64,000 nt of DNA from Bacteroidales bacterium (GTDB taxonomy: Bacteria; Bacteroidota; Bacteroidia; Bacteroidales; UBA4417): the NCBI GenBank assembly GCA_963677975.1, contig OY782677.1, positions 1,409,821 through 1,473,820 of the forward strand. The letters run 5' to 3'. The number at the start of each line of letters is the position of its first letter. Position 1 is the first letter of the stretch. The notes beneath the pieces are model-generated. The model saw nothing but the letters and a program-made list of their open reading frames with translations, did not search any database and was not told the origin of the DNA. Positions 1 to 8,764 of this stretch are shown here, piece after piece. A program made the translations under genes and the position numbers.

Positions 1-1
1 C

Positions 2-448
2 AGTAATGATATTGAAATCACACCGTTCAACCGCTATTTTATGGGTGGCGACGGAATGTCGGGCTACTCAGCAATCGACGGCCGTCAGCTTGTAGGATTC
101 AGGGGATATACCAACGAAAGTATGACTCCTTATTATGGAGTGGTTTCACGCCCGCCGGGAGGAACCGTTTTTAATAAAAGTACCCTCGAACTTCGTTATC
201 CCTTATCGCTGAACCCAAACTCGACTATTTTCGGATTCGTGTTTGTTGAAGCAGGCAACGACTGGGCAAAATTTGCCGATTACAACCCGTTCGACGTACG
301 CCGTTCAGCAGGGGTAGGGGTGAGGGTGTTCCTGCCGATGTTCGGGTTGCTCGGTCTCGACTGGGGTTATGGATTTGATCCTATACCCGGAGCACCTAAT
401 GCAAATAAGGGTCAGTTCCATTTTTCAATTAATTCTTCGATTGATTAA
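2..448 (+). CDS. bamA: Outer membrane protein assembly factor BamA, C-terminal end (5' part lies outside the window)
   Basis: The frame is open from position 2 (SNDIEITPFNRYFMGGDG...). The C-terminal region looks like an Omp85 beta-barrel (GLLGLDWGYGFDP). Two OmpH/Skp genes follow, the usual Bacteroidota arrangement. Confidence 0.8.
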   Translation, partial: SNDIEITPFNRYFMGGDGMSGYSAIDGRQLVGFRGYTNESMTPYYGVVSRPPGGTVFNKSTLELRYPLSLNPNSTIFGFVFVEAGNDWAKFADYNPFDVRRSAGVGVRVFLPMFGLLGLDWGYGFDPIPGAPNANKGQFHFSINSSID

Positions 449-523
449 TTGGTTTGGCAGGTTTTTTGCAATCAATCGAAATAACTAACTAAATACTCCA
501 TACTTCAAACAACAGGAGGTACT

Positions 524-1069
524 ATGAAAAAAATAATCCTACTTGCTGCAATCCTTTGCACATTTGGTTTTGGCGCTTCGGCACAGAAGTACGCCTTTGT
601 AAATACCGATTACATACTCGAAAATATTCCCGATTATGCTGATGCCCAGAACCAGCTTGATGAGCTTTCGGCACAATGGCAAAAAGAGATAGAAACGAAA
701 TTTGCCGAAGTTGATAAAATGTATAAGAATTTCCAGAATGAAGCCGTATTGCTTCCCGAAGATATGAAGAAGAAAAGGGAAGATGATATAGTTAAGAAAG
801 AAAAAGAAGCAAAGGACCTTCAGAAAAAACGCTTTGGTAAAGACGGCGATCTGTTTAAAAAACGCCAGGAACTGGTAAAACCGATACAGGAAAGAGTATA
901 CAATGCAATTGAAGAAATTGCTGCTGCCGACAACTATGCCGTTGTTTTTGATAAAGCCAATAATGCCACTCTTATCTATGCCAATCCCAAGTACGATATC
1001 AGCGAGCAGGTACTCGATAAACTAGGATATACCTATAAGCCTCAGCAGGATACCAAAGGGAAAAAATAA
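524..1069 (+). CDS. OmpH/Skp family periplasmic chaperone
   Basis: 181 aa with a signal peptide ending ASAQ. The body is Lys/Glu-rich and coiled-coil-like, typical of OmpH. It lies directly downstream of bamA. Confidence 0.85.
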   Translation: MKKIILLAAILCTFGFGASAQKYAFVNTDYILENIPDYADAQNQLDELSAQWQKEIETKFAEVDKMYKNFQNEAVLLPEDMKKKREDDIVKKEKEAKDLQKKRFGKDGDLFKKRQELVKPIQERVYNAIEEIAAADNYAVVFDKANNATLIYANPKYDISEQVLDKLGYTYKPQQDTKGKK

Positions 1070-1100
1070 CAACCGGGTGTAAATGGTATTGCCTTTTTTT

Positions 1101-1108
1101 TACCTTTG
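1101..1108 (+). promoter_or_regulatory. Candidate Bacteroidota -7 promoter box (TACCTTTG) for the second skp gene
   Basis: Matches the TAnnTTTG consensus, 42 nt upstream of the ATG at 1150. Confidence 0.4.
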
Positions 1109-1149
1109 CGCCTCCTTTATTACGCAAACACTTAAACACTATACTTAAA

Positions 1150-1668
1150 ATGATGAAAAACCTCTTAAAAGTTTTAGCAATTGTAGTTCTGATTGCAGTT
1201 GCAGCAACCACCAATGCACAGAAAGCCACAAAAATCGGACATATCGACTTTGGTAAATTACTGGAACAAATGCCTGGTCAGGATACCGTTAAAGTTGTAA
1301 TGGAAAAATACGTTCAGGAATTACAGGGACAGTTGCAGTCGATGCAATCGGAACTTGAACTTAAGGGAACTGATTACCAGAAAAACTCAACAAGTATGTC
1401 GAGTATTATCAAAGCAACCAAGGAAAAAGAAATAACCGATCTCCAGGGTCGTATCGAAGCTTTCCAGCAGGTAGCCCAGCAGGATATCCAGGCCAAGCAG
1501 TCGGAACTTGTTAAGCCTTTCGTTGAAAAAGCCAAGAAGGCTATTGGTGATGTAGCTAAAGAAGGAGGTTATTCATACATTATGAATGCCGTTGAAGACC
1601 TCATCCTTTATTCTGATGGTGGTGATGACGTGATGCCTTTGGTTAAGAAAAAACTGGGAATCCAATAA
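1150..1668 (+). CDS. OmpH/Skp family periplasmic chaperone (second copy)
   Basis: 172 aa with a signal peptide ending TNAQ and OmpH-like coiled-coil composition. It is in tandem with the previous skp-like gene. Confidence 0.85.
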   Translation: MMKNLLKVLAIVVLIAVAATTNAQKATKIGHIDFGKLLEQMPGQDTVKVVMEKYVQELQGQLQSMQSELELKGTDYQKNSTSMSSIIKATKEKEITDLQGRIEAFQQVAQQDIQAKQSELVKPFVEKAKKAIGDVAKEGGYSYIMNAVEDLILYSDGGDDVMPLVKKKLGIQ

Positions 1669-1696
1669 TAAGGGTTCTAACTTCAAGAATTTGAAT

Positions 1697-1725
1697 AACT
1701 CCGGCTTTGCCCGGAGTTTTTTTTT
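1697..1725 (+). terminator. Rho-independent terminator after skp2
   Basis: Stem AACTCCGG / CCGGAGTT with a 6-nt loop, followed by a run of 9 T. Confidence 0.8.
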
Positions 1726-1862
1726 GACTGGCGGTTGGTTTTTTCAGATGGTGTTTTTCAGTAGGAATATTTAACACATATTAAACTTTATTGGCTTATG
1801 TTAACAGCTTAAATGTGAGTATTTTAATAATATTGTTTTCATAATTTATAAATTATGCAATT

Positions 1863-2444
1863 ATGAGAACATGTTTAATGACTATTGTTTTTTTTGTTGT
1901 TCTTACTGCCGCTGGTTTTGCCCAGTTAGAAAAGGGGACATGGATAGGCGGAATAAACGGGAGCCTGGGACTTTCAGGATTTTCATCCAATAATTACTCG
2001 ATAAAATGGAGTTTTGATCCTTATGCAATGTACCTTGTAAGTAAAAATTTCGCTGTCGGCTTTGAATTTGACAATAAACACGGATATATCTGCTACAGGC
2101 ACAATTATGATGCTGATCATGTTTTTTCATTAGAGATGAAAAGTTACTTTCTTCAACCTGCACTGACTGCACGAAAGTATTTTGGCACCCGCAGATTCAG
2201 GCCATATATCGGAATTAGTACAGGAATGGTTTTATTCCATGAGGATTATCATTATTTTGATCACATGGATAATTATTACCGAAGCAGTTTTAGTTATTTT
2301 ATCGCTCCCCAGATAGGTGCTTCATGGTGGATCAAGGACAAATTATACCTGGATATGAATGCACGCTTCAATTATAGTATAACAAATAATTTACCTGGTT
2401 ATTTTGACTTCAAAATAGGCGCAGGATTTAAAATCGGGAAATGA
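1863..2444 (+). CDS. Hypothetical small outer-membrane beta-barrel protein
   Basis: 193 aa with a signal peptide ending GFAQ. It has an alternating aromatic/Gly beta-strand pattern and a C-terminal GAGFKIGK. No specific family was recognised. Confidence 0.55.
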   Translation: MRTCLMTIVFFVVLTAAGFAQLEKGTWIGGINGSLGLSGFSSNNYSIKWSFDPYAMYLVSKNFAVGFEFDNKHGYICYRHNYDADHVFSLEMKSYFLQPALTARKYFGTRRFRPYIGISTGMVLFHEDYHYFDHMDNYYRSSFSYFIAPQIGASWWIKDKLYLDMNARFNYSITNNLPGYFDFKIGAGFKIGK

Positions 2445-2470
2445 GTCTCAACCGATCGTAAAAAAATACA

Positions 2471-2501
2471 AAAGCCGGAAATCGCTATGATTTCCGGCTT
2501 T
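2471..2501. terminator. Bidirectional rho-independent terminator between convergent genes
   Basis: 13-bp perfect stem AAAGCCGGAAATC / GATTTCCGGCTTT with a 5-nt loop, with an A-run upstream and T-rich sequence downstream. Confidence 0.75.
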
Positions 2502-2570
2502 TGCAAGAATATTCTCCTTGTCGCCCTTCTCTTTGTCGCTGATTTTTTAAAGTGAACAAATTTAATAACC

Positions 2571-3248
2571 TTAGCTCCTGCGGCCTCCTGTAAATATCAT
2601 AATGTAATAAAGCAGGGTGGCAAGCGATGCCAAAGCCGCAACAACATAAGTATAGGCAGCCCACTTGAGTGCATCCTGTGCTTTTGGATAGGTTTCGTAA
2701 GTTGTAACACCGCTGTCGTTGAGCCAGAGCAAAGCGCGGCGGCTGGCATCAATTTCTACAGGCAAGGTGACAAAACTGAACAGGGTGGTCGCAGCAAACA
2801 GTATAATACCTGCCAGCAAAAGCTGCGGGAAAGTATTAACAAGTAAAATGCCAGCCAGCAATACCCATTGCACCCAGTTGGATGCAAAACTCACTGCCGG
2901 AACCATGGCGCTGCGCATTTTCAGGAAAGCATATGATTCGGCATGCTGAACAGCATGTCCGCACTCATGGGCTGCAACGGCAGCCGCCGAAATGCTCGAT
3001 TTGTAATACACATCCTGGCTGAGGTTCACGGTCTTGGTCTCGGGGTTGTAATGGTCGGTAAGCCGACCTTGTACCGAAACTACCTGCACATCGTAAATGC
3101 CTTTGTCGCGAAGCATTTTTTCGGCAATATCTTTTCCTGTATATCCGCTTCCGATCGGAATGGCTGAGTACTTTTTAAATTTGGATTTTAACACCTGGCT
3201 GGCAATCAGGCTGAGGATCATAAAGCCTATAAACAGTAATATGTACAT
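2571..3248 (-). CDS. Membrane zinc metallopeptidase (Zn_peptidase_2 / YpfJ-like family)
   Basis: 225 aa with an HECGHAVQH zinc-binding motif, an N-terminal TM helix and C-terminal TM helices. The overall sequence is characteristic of the putative neutral zinc metallopeptidase family. Confidence 0.8.
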   Translation of the reverse strand: MYILLFIGFMILSLIASQVLKSKFKKYSAIPIGSGYTGKDIAEKMLRDKGIYDVQVVSVQGRLTDHYNPETKTVNLSQDVYYKSSISAAAVAAHECGHAVQHAESYAFLKMRSAMVPAVSFASNWVQWVLLAGILLVNTFPQLLLAGIILFAATTLFSFVTLPVEIDASRRALLWLNDSGVTTYETYPKAQDALKWAAYTYVVAALASLATLLYYIMIFTGGRRS

Positions 3249-3329
3249 CGTTTTTTTCTTTTAAATTTTTACAAAATTAATGCAAATTTCCTGCCAATTG
3301 ATGAGTTGCGACAATGTGGCAGTTGTGCT

Positions 3330-3371
3330 GGTTGATAGAAGATCGAAGGTAGAAGATAGAATATGGTTTCA
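3330..3371. repeat. Degenerate 7-bp tandem tract (GGTTGAT AGAAGAT CGAAGGT AGAAGAT AGAATAT GGTTTCA)
   Basis: Read directly in steps of 7. The plus strand is almost free of C. The tract is intergenic, about 40 nt beyond the stop of the 3408-3947 gene. Confidence 0.75.
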
Positions 3372-3407
3372 GGGATTACCTGTCAACTAGTTTCTGTTGA
3401 CCATTAA

Positions 3408-3947
3408 CTACTCCCCTTCAAGCGGAATTATACTTGCGTCGTGCCAGCTTGCGTACATGGTATAACTCTTCGAAATACGGTTTACCTGGCCTTCGAGCAG
3501 GCTTTTGTCGATTGATTTGATTTTCTGTGCAGGAACGCCTGCGTAAACACTGCCCGATTCGACCAGGGTATTCTGCGAAATTACGGCACCGGCAGCAATA
3601 ATCGAATTGCTTTCAACAATTACTCCATCCATTACAATGGCTCCCATGCCTATCAGTACATTGTCGTGTATAGTACAACCGTGTATAATGGCTGCATGGG
3701 CTATCGATACATTATTACCAATACTTACAGGCGCTTTCTGGTAAGTGCAATGAATAATAGCACCGTCCTGGACGTTAACATTATTGCCTATCCGGATTGA
3801 ATGTACATCACCACGGATCACGGCATTAAACCATACACTGCAGTTGTCGCCCATAACAACATCACCAACTATTGTAGCATTTTCGGCAATAAAGGTGTTT
3901 TTACCAATAGTTGGGGCAATTCCTTTGATGGGATATATCAGAGCCAT
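3408..3947 (-). CDS. Gamma carbonic anhydrase family / hexapeptide-repeat (LbH) protein
   Basis: 179 aa with left-handed beta-helix hexapeptide repeats, similar to YrdA/PaaY proteins (GDVVMGDNCSVWFNAVIRGD..., HGCTIHDNVLIGMGAIV). Confidence 0.8.
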   Translation of the reverse strand: MALIYPIKGIAPTIGKNTFIAENATIVGDVVMGDNCSVWFNAVIRGDVHSIRIGNNVNVQDGAIIHCTYQKAPVSIGNNVSIAHAAIIHGCTIHDNVLIGMGAIVMDGVIVESNSIIAAGAVISQNTLVESGSVYAGVPAQKIKSIDKSLLEGQVNRISKSYTMYASWHDASIIPLEGE

Positions 3948-3963
3948 ATGTTGCTGGATTTAT

Positions 3964-3991
3964 AATTTGTGATTTGTTATTTGCGATTTCG
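3964..3991. repeat. 7-bp tandem tract (AATTTGT GATTTGT TATTTGC GATTTCG)
   Basis: Four consecutive NATTTGY units, 17 nt upstream of the start codon at 3947 (minus strand). Confidence 0.7.
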
Positions 3992-4026
3992 GAATGGTAA
4001 TTCCGGAGTAATTATCCCAATAGATA

Positions 4027-4060
4027 AATCCTACATCCGACATCCGACATCCGACATTTA
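4027..4060. repeat. 7-bp tandem repeat CATCCGA x3 with degenerate flanking units, overlapping the nadB stop codon
   Basis: AATCCTA CATCCGA CATCCGA CATCCGA CATTTA. The last unit contains the nadB stop (complement of 4058-4060). Confidence 0.85.
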
Positions 4061-5656
4061 ATCTTCCGGGCTGAATATGCTCACATCTGTATCGCTGACT
4101 TTCGGATAGTCGATTGAGAAATGCAATCCCCGGCTTTCTTTTCGCTCGATTGCCATTTTAACTACCAGAGTCGCTACTTTAATCATGTTCCTAACCTCAC
4201 ATATCTTATCGATCAGTACCGAATGCTTGTAAAGTTCCTCTGTTTCGCGCTCAAGTATGCTTAGGCGGTCGGCGGCGCGCTTTAATCTCAGGTTCGAGCG
4301 CACAATACCAACATAATTGGTCATAATAGCCTGGAGTTCCTTCATGGTTTGAGTAATAAGAACCATCTCCTCATTCATTACGGTTCCTTCGGCATTCCAG
4401 TCGGGAATGGCGCTGCAGAAATCAATATGTTTCAGTTTTGACGATGAGTCGATGCAGGCCCTGTGTGAATAAACCAGCGACTCGAGCAGTGAATTGCTGG
4501 CAAGCCTGTTGGCCCCATGTAAACCAGTCGAAGAACATTCACCGGAAGCGTAAAGGTTGAGGATGGAACTCTGTCCCCATTCATCAACTTTAATTCCCCC
4601 GCAGGTATAATGGGCGGCGGGTACAATCGGGATCATTTCCTTGGTCATATCCACCCCGATGCTCAGGCATTTGGCATAAATGGCCGGGAAATGGTTTATA
4701 AGTTCATTCCGGTTAATATGACGGCAGTCGAGGAACATGCAGTCTTCACCGCTTATTTTTAATTCATTGTCGATGGCGCGTGCAACAATATCGCGAGGGG
4801 CAAGCGAAAGCCGCTTGTCGTATTTCTGCATGAACTCTTTACCGTTTACATCTTTAAGAATGCCGCCAAACCCGCGCAATGCCTCAGTAATAAGGAATGA
4901 AGGTTTTTCGATCGGGTTATAGAGCGACGTGGGATGAAACTGGATAAATTCCATTTTTTCGACAGTTCCCTTGGCACGGTAAACCATGGCAATTCCATCG
5001 CCGGTGGCAATAGGAGGGTTTGTTGTGGTAGCATAAACGTTACCGGCACCACCCGTTGCCATCAGTGTTATTTTTGCAAGGATGGTATCGATGCTGTTAT
5101 TGGTCCGGTCGAGCACATAGGCGCCGTAACAGGTAATATCCGGGGTGCGGCGGTTTACATATTCACCGAGATGGTGCTGTGTAATGATTTCGACCGTAAA
5201 ATGGTTTTCGAGGATTTCGATATTGCTGTTTTCGCGGGCGCGGTCGAGTAAGGTTTCTTCGATTTCGAGACCGGTTTGATCTTTATGGTGCAAAACCCTG
5301 AATTCGGAATGCCCGCCTTCCTTCGCAAGATCGTAACGGCCTGATTCGTTTTTATCGAAACTTACGCCCAGCTCAATCAACTCTTTTATCCTTTCAGGAG
5401 CTTCGGTAATAGTAATGCGGACAGCTTTTTCGTCGTTCAGATCGTCGCCGGCAATCAGCGTGTCCTGTATATGTTTTTCGTAGGTGTCGGGAGTATACAT
5501 TACAGCTGCAATTCCACCCTGGGCGTATTTTGTGGCTGTTTCGTCGGCCTTGTTTTTAGCTACAATACATACCTTGCCGAATTTAGCTGCTTTTAAAGCA
5601 AAACTTAGCCCGGCAATTCCGGTTCCGATTACAAGGAAATCTACTTGTTTTCTCAT
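4058..5656 (-). CDS. nadB: L-aspartate oxidase
   Basis: 532 aa with an N-terminal FAD-binding GxGxxG (VIGTGIAGLS). It shows succinate dehydrogenase/fumarate reductase flavoprotein-like motifs and the C-terminal helical domain typical of NadB. Confidence 0.9.
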   Translation of the reverse strand: MRKQVDFLVIGTGIAGLSFALKAAKFGKVCIVAKNKADETATKYAQGGIAAVMYTPDTYEKHIQDTLIAGDDLNDEKAVRITITEAPERIKELIELGVSFDKNESGRYDLAKEGGHSEFRVLHHKDQTGLEIEETLLDRARENSNIEILENHFTVEIITQHHLGEYVNRRTPDITCYGAYVLDRTNNSIDTILAKITLMATGGAGNVYATTTNPPIATGDGIAMVYRAKGTVEKMEFIQFHPTSLYNPIEKPSFLITEALRGFGGILKDVNGKEFMQKYDKRLSLAPRDIVARAIDNELKISGEDCMFLDCRHINRNELINHFPAIYAKCLSIGVDMTKEMIPIVPAAHYTCGGIKVDEWGQSSILNLYASGECSSTGLHGANRLASNSLLESLVYSHRACIDSSSKLKHIDFCSAIPDWNAEGTVMNEEMVLITQTMKELQAIMTNYVGIVRSNLRLKRAADRLSILERETEELYKHSVLIDKICEVRNMIKVATLVVKMAIERKESRGLHFSIDYPKVSDTDVSIFSPED

Positions 5657-5680
5657 TTACTATAATTCTTATTCGCAGTG

Positions 5681-5688
5681 CAAAGGTA
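5681..5688 (-). promoter_or_regulatory. Candidate -7 promoter box (TACCTTTG on the minus strand) for nadB
   Basis: Matches TAnnTTTG, about 25 nt upstream of the nadB ATG. Confidence 0.4.
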
Positions 5689-5845
5689 GCAAATATTGTG
5701 GCAATGGCGGTTTTGACAAGGGTTTGATTGCATGGCTGTATTACCCACAGCTTTCCAAGGTTAAGATTTGTTAAATCAGGCCCTTATGGGTTTTCTGAAA
5801 GTAATTTTGCGTGTTGGTTGGCGTTAACATACAAATCAAAAACCT

Positions 5846-7237
5846 ATGCAAAACAATTCCACTTTAGGTAAAATCAATTTCTGGGCCCGAAATTCCATTA
5901 GCTTAAAATTGCTTGTAATCGGAATTTTCGTGCTTGTACTTCTTATCCCTTCCGAAATGGTTCAGTCGCTTATACGTGAGCGCGAAACCACCCGCAACCA
6001 GGCAATTTCGGAAATATGGCGAACCTGGGGCGACAAACAGCTGCTGAGCGGTCCCGTTGTGAGTGTTCCTGTTATCAGTTACAACAAATTGCCTAACGGA
6101 ACGGTTGAATCAACTATGTCGTACCTGCATTTTCTTCCCGAAAACCTGGAGGTAACGGGCGACCTGATTCCTATTAAGCGCTACCGGAGCATTTATGAGG
6201 TCGTGCTGTACTCTGCTAACCTGTTATTTAAAGGGAATTTTAAACCTTTGGTGCCCAAGGGTCTGGACTTGCAGGCGGCTGAAATCAAGTGGGATAAAGC
6301 CTTTGTTTCGTTTGGTATTTCGGATATGAAAGGCGTGAAGGAAAATATCGACCTGGCATGGAACGATTCGGTTTACCGTATGCAGCCTGGAGTACCGACG
6401 CATGAGATTATCAAAGGTGGAGTCAGCTATCCGCTTGCCATCGACCCGGCACTGGATCATACTTTCAGTTTCAGGCTAAAACTGAAAGGCAGCAGGCTGT
6501 TATCGTTCCTGCCTTTTGCTTCCGAAATGGATGTGAATCTCACATCGGCATGGACAAACCCTTCATTCGAAGGCGCATTTATACCGGCCGATAAATCAGT
6601 GACTGCAAAAGGGTTTACCGCCCAATGGAAAATTCTTGAACTGAACCGTAATTATGGGCAATATGGATTAGACAACTTTATAGGTGCTGATCAGCCTCTG
6701 CAAAACGAGGTCTTTTCCGACGACCGTATTGCCCCTGAAAATAAAATAGGCGCTTTCGGGGTAAATCTTATAATGCCAGTCGACCAATACCAGCGGACAA
6801 CACGGGCTGCTAAATACGGTGTAGTTTTCGTTATTCTCACTTTTGTGACCTTCTTCTTCTTCGAATTGCTACGTAAAAAATATGTGCACCCAATACAGTA
6901 CCTTATAGTAGGATTTGCTATAATGCTCTTTTACCTGCTTTTGCTCTCGCTTGCCGAATACCTCATCTTCGACCTGGCCTATGCTATTTCGGCCGTGGTT
7001 ATCACACTGATGGTTATGCTTTATGCAGGCGCAATTTTCGGCAACAGGAGGTATGGAATTATTGTGGGACTGATATTGTTTATGTTGTATGCCTATTTCT
7101 ATACGCTTTTGCAATTGCAGTTGTATTCACTGTTGTTCGGTTCTATAGGAATGGTAATCATGCTGTCAGTCATCATGCTGCTTACCAGGAATATTCACCG
7201 CGAAAGGGTGATAGAGAGTGTGGAACAGGAAGTATAA
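5846..7237 (+). CDS. creD: Cell envelope integrity inner-membrane protein CreD
   Basis: 463 aa with an N-terminal TM helix, a large periplasmic domain and a C-terminal TM bundle. Motifs recalled from E. coli CreD are present (PVDQYQ..T.RA.KY, HP.QYL.VG....FYLLLL.L.E). Confidence 0.8.
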   Translation: MQNNSTLGKINFWARNSISLKLLVIGIFVLVLLIPSEMVQSLIRERETTRNQAISEIWRTWGDKQLLSGPVVSVPVISYNKLPNGTVESTMSYLHFLPENLEVTGDLIPIKRYRSIYEVVLYSANLLFKGNFKPLVPKGLDLQAAEIKWDKAFVSFGISDMKGVKENIDLAWNDSVYRMQPGVPTHEIIKGGVSYPLAIDPALDHTFSFRLKLKGSRLLSFLPFASEMDVNLTSAWTNPSFEGAFIPADKSVTAKGFTAQWKILELNRNYGQYGLDNFIGADQPLQNEVFSDDRIAPENKIGAFGVNLIMPVDQYQRTTRAAKYGVVFVILTFVTFFFFELLRKKYVHPIQYLIVGFAIMLFYLLLLSLAEYLIFDLAYAISAVVITLMVMLYAGAIFGNRRYGIIVGLILFMLYAYFYTLLQLQLYSLLFGSIGMVIMLSVIMLLTRNIHRERVIESVEQEV

Positions 7238-7261
7238 TTTTAGATAAATCAGTAAGAAAAA

Positions 7262-7292
7262 AGCCCTGCCGGAAAATAACACCGGCAGGGCT
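7262..7292. terminator. Bidirectional rho-independent terminator (creD / sucB convergent)
   Basis: 11-bp GC-rich stem AGCCCTGCCGG / CCGGCAGGGCT, with an A-run before it and T-run after it. Confidence 0.8.
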
Positions 7293-7343
7293 TTTGGATA
7301 ATAGCGTGATTGCTTTAAAAAGTCACGCTCCGATATTACAAAG

Positions 7344-8594
7344 TCAAATTCCCAATAGCACTTTTACCGGGTCATTCCCTTCAAATAGCATTTTTACAGG
7401 GTTCTCGAGCAGTTCTTTAACCATTACCAGGAAACTTACCGATTCGCGGCCGTCGATTACACGATGATCGTACGATAAAGCAATATACATCATAGGGGCG
7501 ACTACAACCTGCCCGTTAACTGCGATCGGTCTTTCAATAATATTATGCATCCCGAGTATGGCGCTCTGCGGCGGATTCAGGATAGGAGTCGACATCATAG
7601 AACCAAACACGCCGCCGTTAGTGATGGTAAAAGTGCCTCCGGCCATTTCTTCGAGAGTGATTTTGTTTTCGCGGGCTTTGATGGCAAGTTCCTTGATTTT
7701 AAGTTCGATTTCGGCCAGTGAAAGTGATTCAGCATTGCGGATTACCGGGACTACCAGCCCTTTCGGGGCGCTTACGGCAATACCGATATCGGTATATTTA
7801 TGAAATATAAGTTCGTCGCCGTCGATCATTGCATTTACCTGCGGAAATTTGGCCAGCGCAATGGTAACGGCTTTGGTAAAAAACGACATGAACCCGATTC
7901 CAACCCCGTATTGTTCCTTGAATTTATCGTTGAATTGTTTCTTTAAACCCATAATCTGGCTCATATTCACTTCGTTGAAAGTGGTGAGCATGGCCGTTTC
8001 GTTCTTAACGCTAACCAGCCGTTGGGCTAGTTTCACACGAAGTGTCGACATTTTCTTACGCTCCGATTCCCTCGAATTTTCAAGTGTTGCAGCCTCGTAT
8101 TTTGGAAATGCAGTGTTTATCCCTGTACTTGCATTCAGCACATCCTGGCGTGTAATGCGAGGGTGCCCGAGTTGTTCGAGTACATCGCGTCCTGTAAGCT
8201 GTTTTTCCTCCATCAGTTTGCGGGCCAAAGGGGTAATTTTTACTTCCGCATCAGCGAGCAAAGGTTTCACTTCGGGTTTGATTTCATTTGCAGCCATTTT
8301 GGGTAGTTCAGCCTTAGTTTCAGCAACCTTAACTTCGGTAAATCCTGCCGGCACCATAGCATCAGTGTCGATTTGTGCTATCACAGTCCCTATACTAACG
8401 GTATCGCCTGCTTCGGCCAATATAGTTACAACACCAGCTGCTTCGGCATTTACGGTAAGAGTAGCCTTATCTGAATCTATTTCAGCGATTTCGGTATCCT
8501 TCGTCACGTAGTCGCCGTTTTTCACCAGCCAGTTGGCAATCTGTACTTCTGTAATCGATTCGCCGGGAGTTGGCGCCTTTATGTCTATTATCAT
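7344..8594 (-). CDS. sucB: Dihydrolipoyllysine-residue succinyltransferase, E2 of 2-oxoglutarate dehydrogenase
   Basis: 416 aa with an N-terminal lipoyl domain (EIDSDKATL), an E3-binding domain, and a C-terminal 2-oxoacid dehydrogenase acyltransferase domain with the DHRVIDG catalytic motif. It lies downstream of sucA. Confidence 0.9.
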   Translation of the reverse strand: MIIDIKAPTPGESITEVQIANWLVKNGDYVTKDTEIAEIDSDKATLTVNAEAAGVVTILAEAGDTVSIGTVIAQIDTDAMVPAGFTEVKVAETKAELPKMAANEIKPEVKPLLADAEVKITPLARKLMEEKQLTGRDVLEQLGHPRITRQDVLNASTGINTAFPKYEAATLENSRESERKKMSTLRVKLAQRLVSVKNETAMLTTFNEVNMSQIMGLKKQFNDKFKEQYGVGIGFMSFFTKAVTIALAKFPQVNAMIDGDELIFHKYTDIGIAVSAPKGLVVPVIRNAESLSLAEIELKIKELAIKARENKITLEEMAGGTFTITNGGVFGSMMSTPILNPPQSAILGMHNIIERPIAVNGQVVVAPMMYIALSYDHRVIDGRESVSFLVMVKELLENPVKMLFEGNDPVKVLLGI

Positions 8595-8630
8595 ATTTTG
8601 ATATTATTTCTTGTATTCAATACGCTTCGC

Positions 8631-8760
8631 GCGTTCAAGGTTCAATGTGCTACGCACGTTCAATGTTCAAATATGCTTTGCATGTTTGAGGTTCAGCAAT
8701 TCATTTCTTCACGTTCTTTAATTCTTTCTGTAAAACTTTGAACTTTGAACATTTGAACGT
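8631..8760. repeat. GTTCAAN / CTTTGAA heptamer doublets in inverted orientation within the sucA-sucB spacer
   Basis: GTTCAAG GTTCAAT (8633-8646), GTTCAAT GTTCAAA (8658-8671), and CTTTGAA CTTTGAA CATTTGAA (8736-8757). The segment 8656-8672 is the reverse complement of 8744-8760 apart from one extra base. Confidence 0.8.
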
Positions 8761-8764
8761 CTGC

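Noticed and set aside
2513-2545. The pyrimidine-rich tract TCTCCTTGTCGCCCTTCTCTTTGTCGCTG, considered as another period-7 repeat.
   Set aside because: The repeated word TTGTCGC recurs at a spacing of 15 nt, not 14, and only twice. That is too weak to assign to the heptamer family.
7849-8511. A 220-aa plus-strand ORF lying entirely inside sucB on the opposite strand.
   Set aside because: It is a typical antisense shadow ORF. Its Ser/Ala/Thr-rich composition mirrors the sucB codons, it has no start context or motif, and sucB on the other strand is unambiguous.
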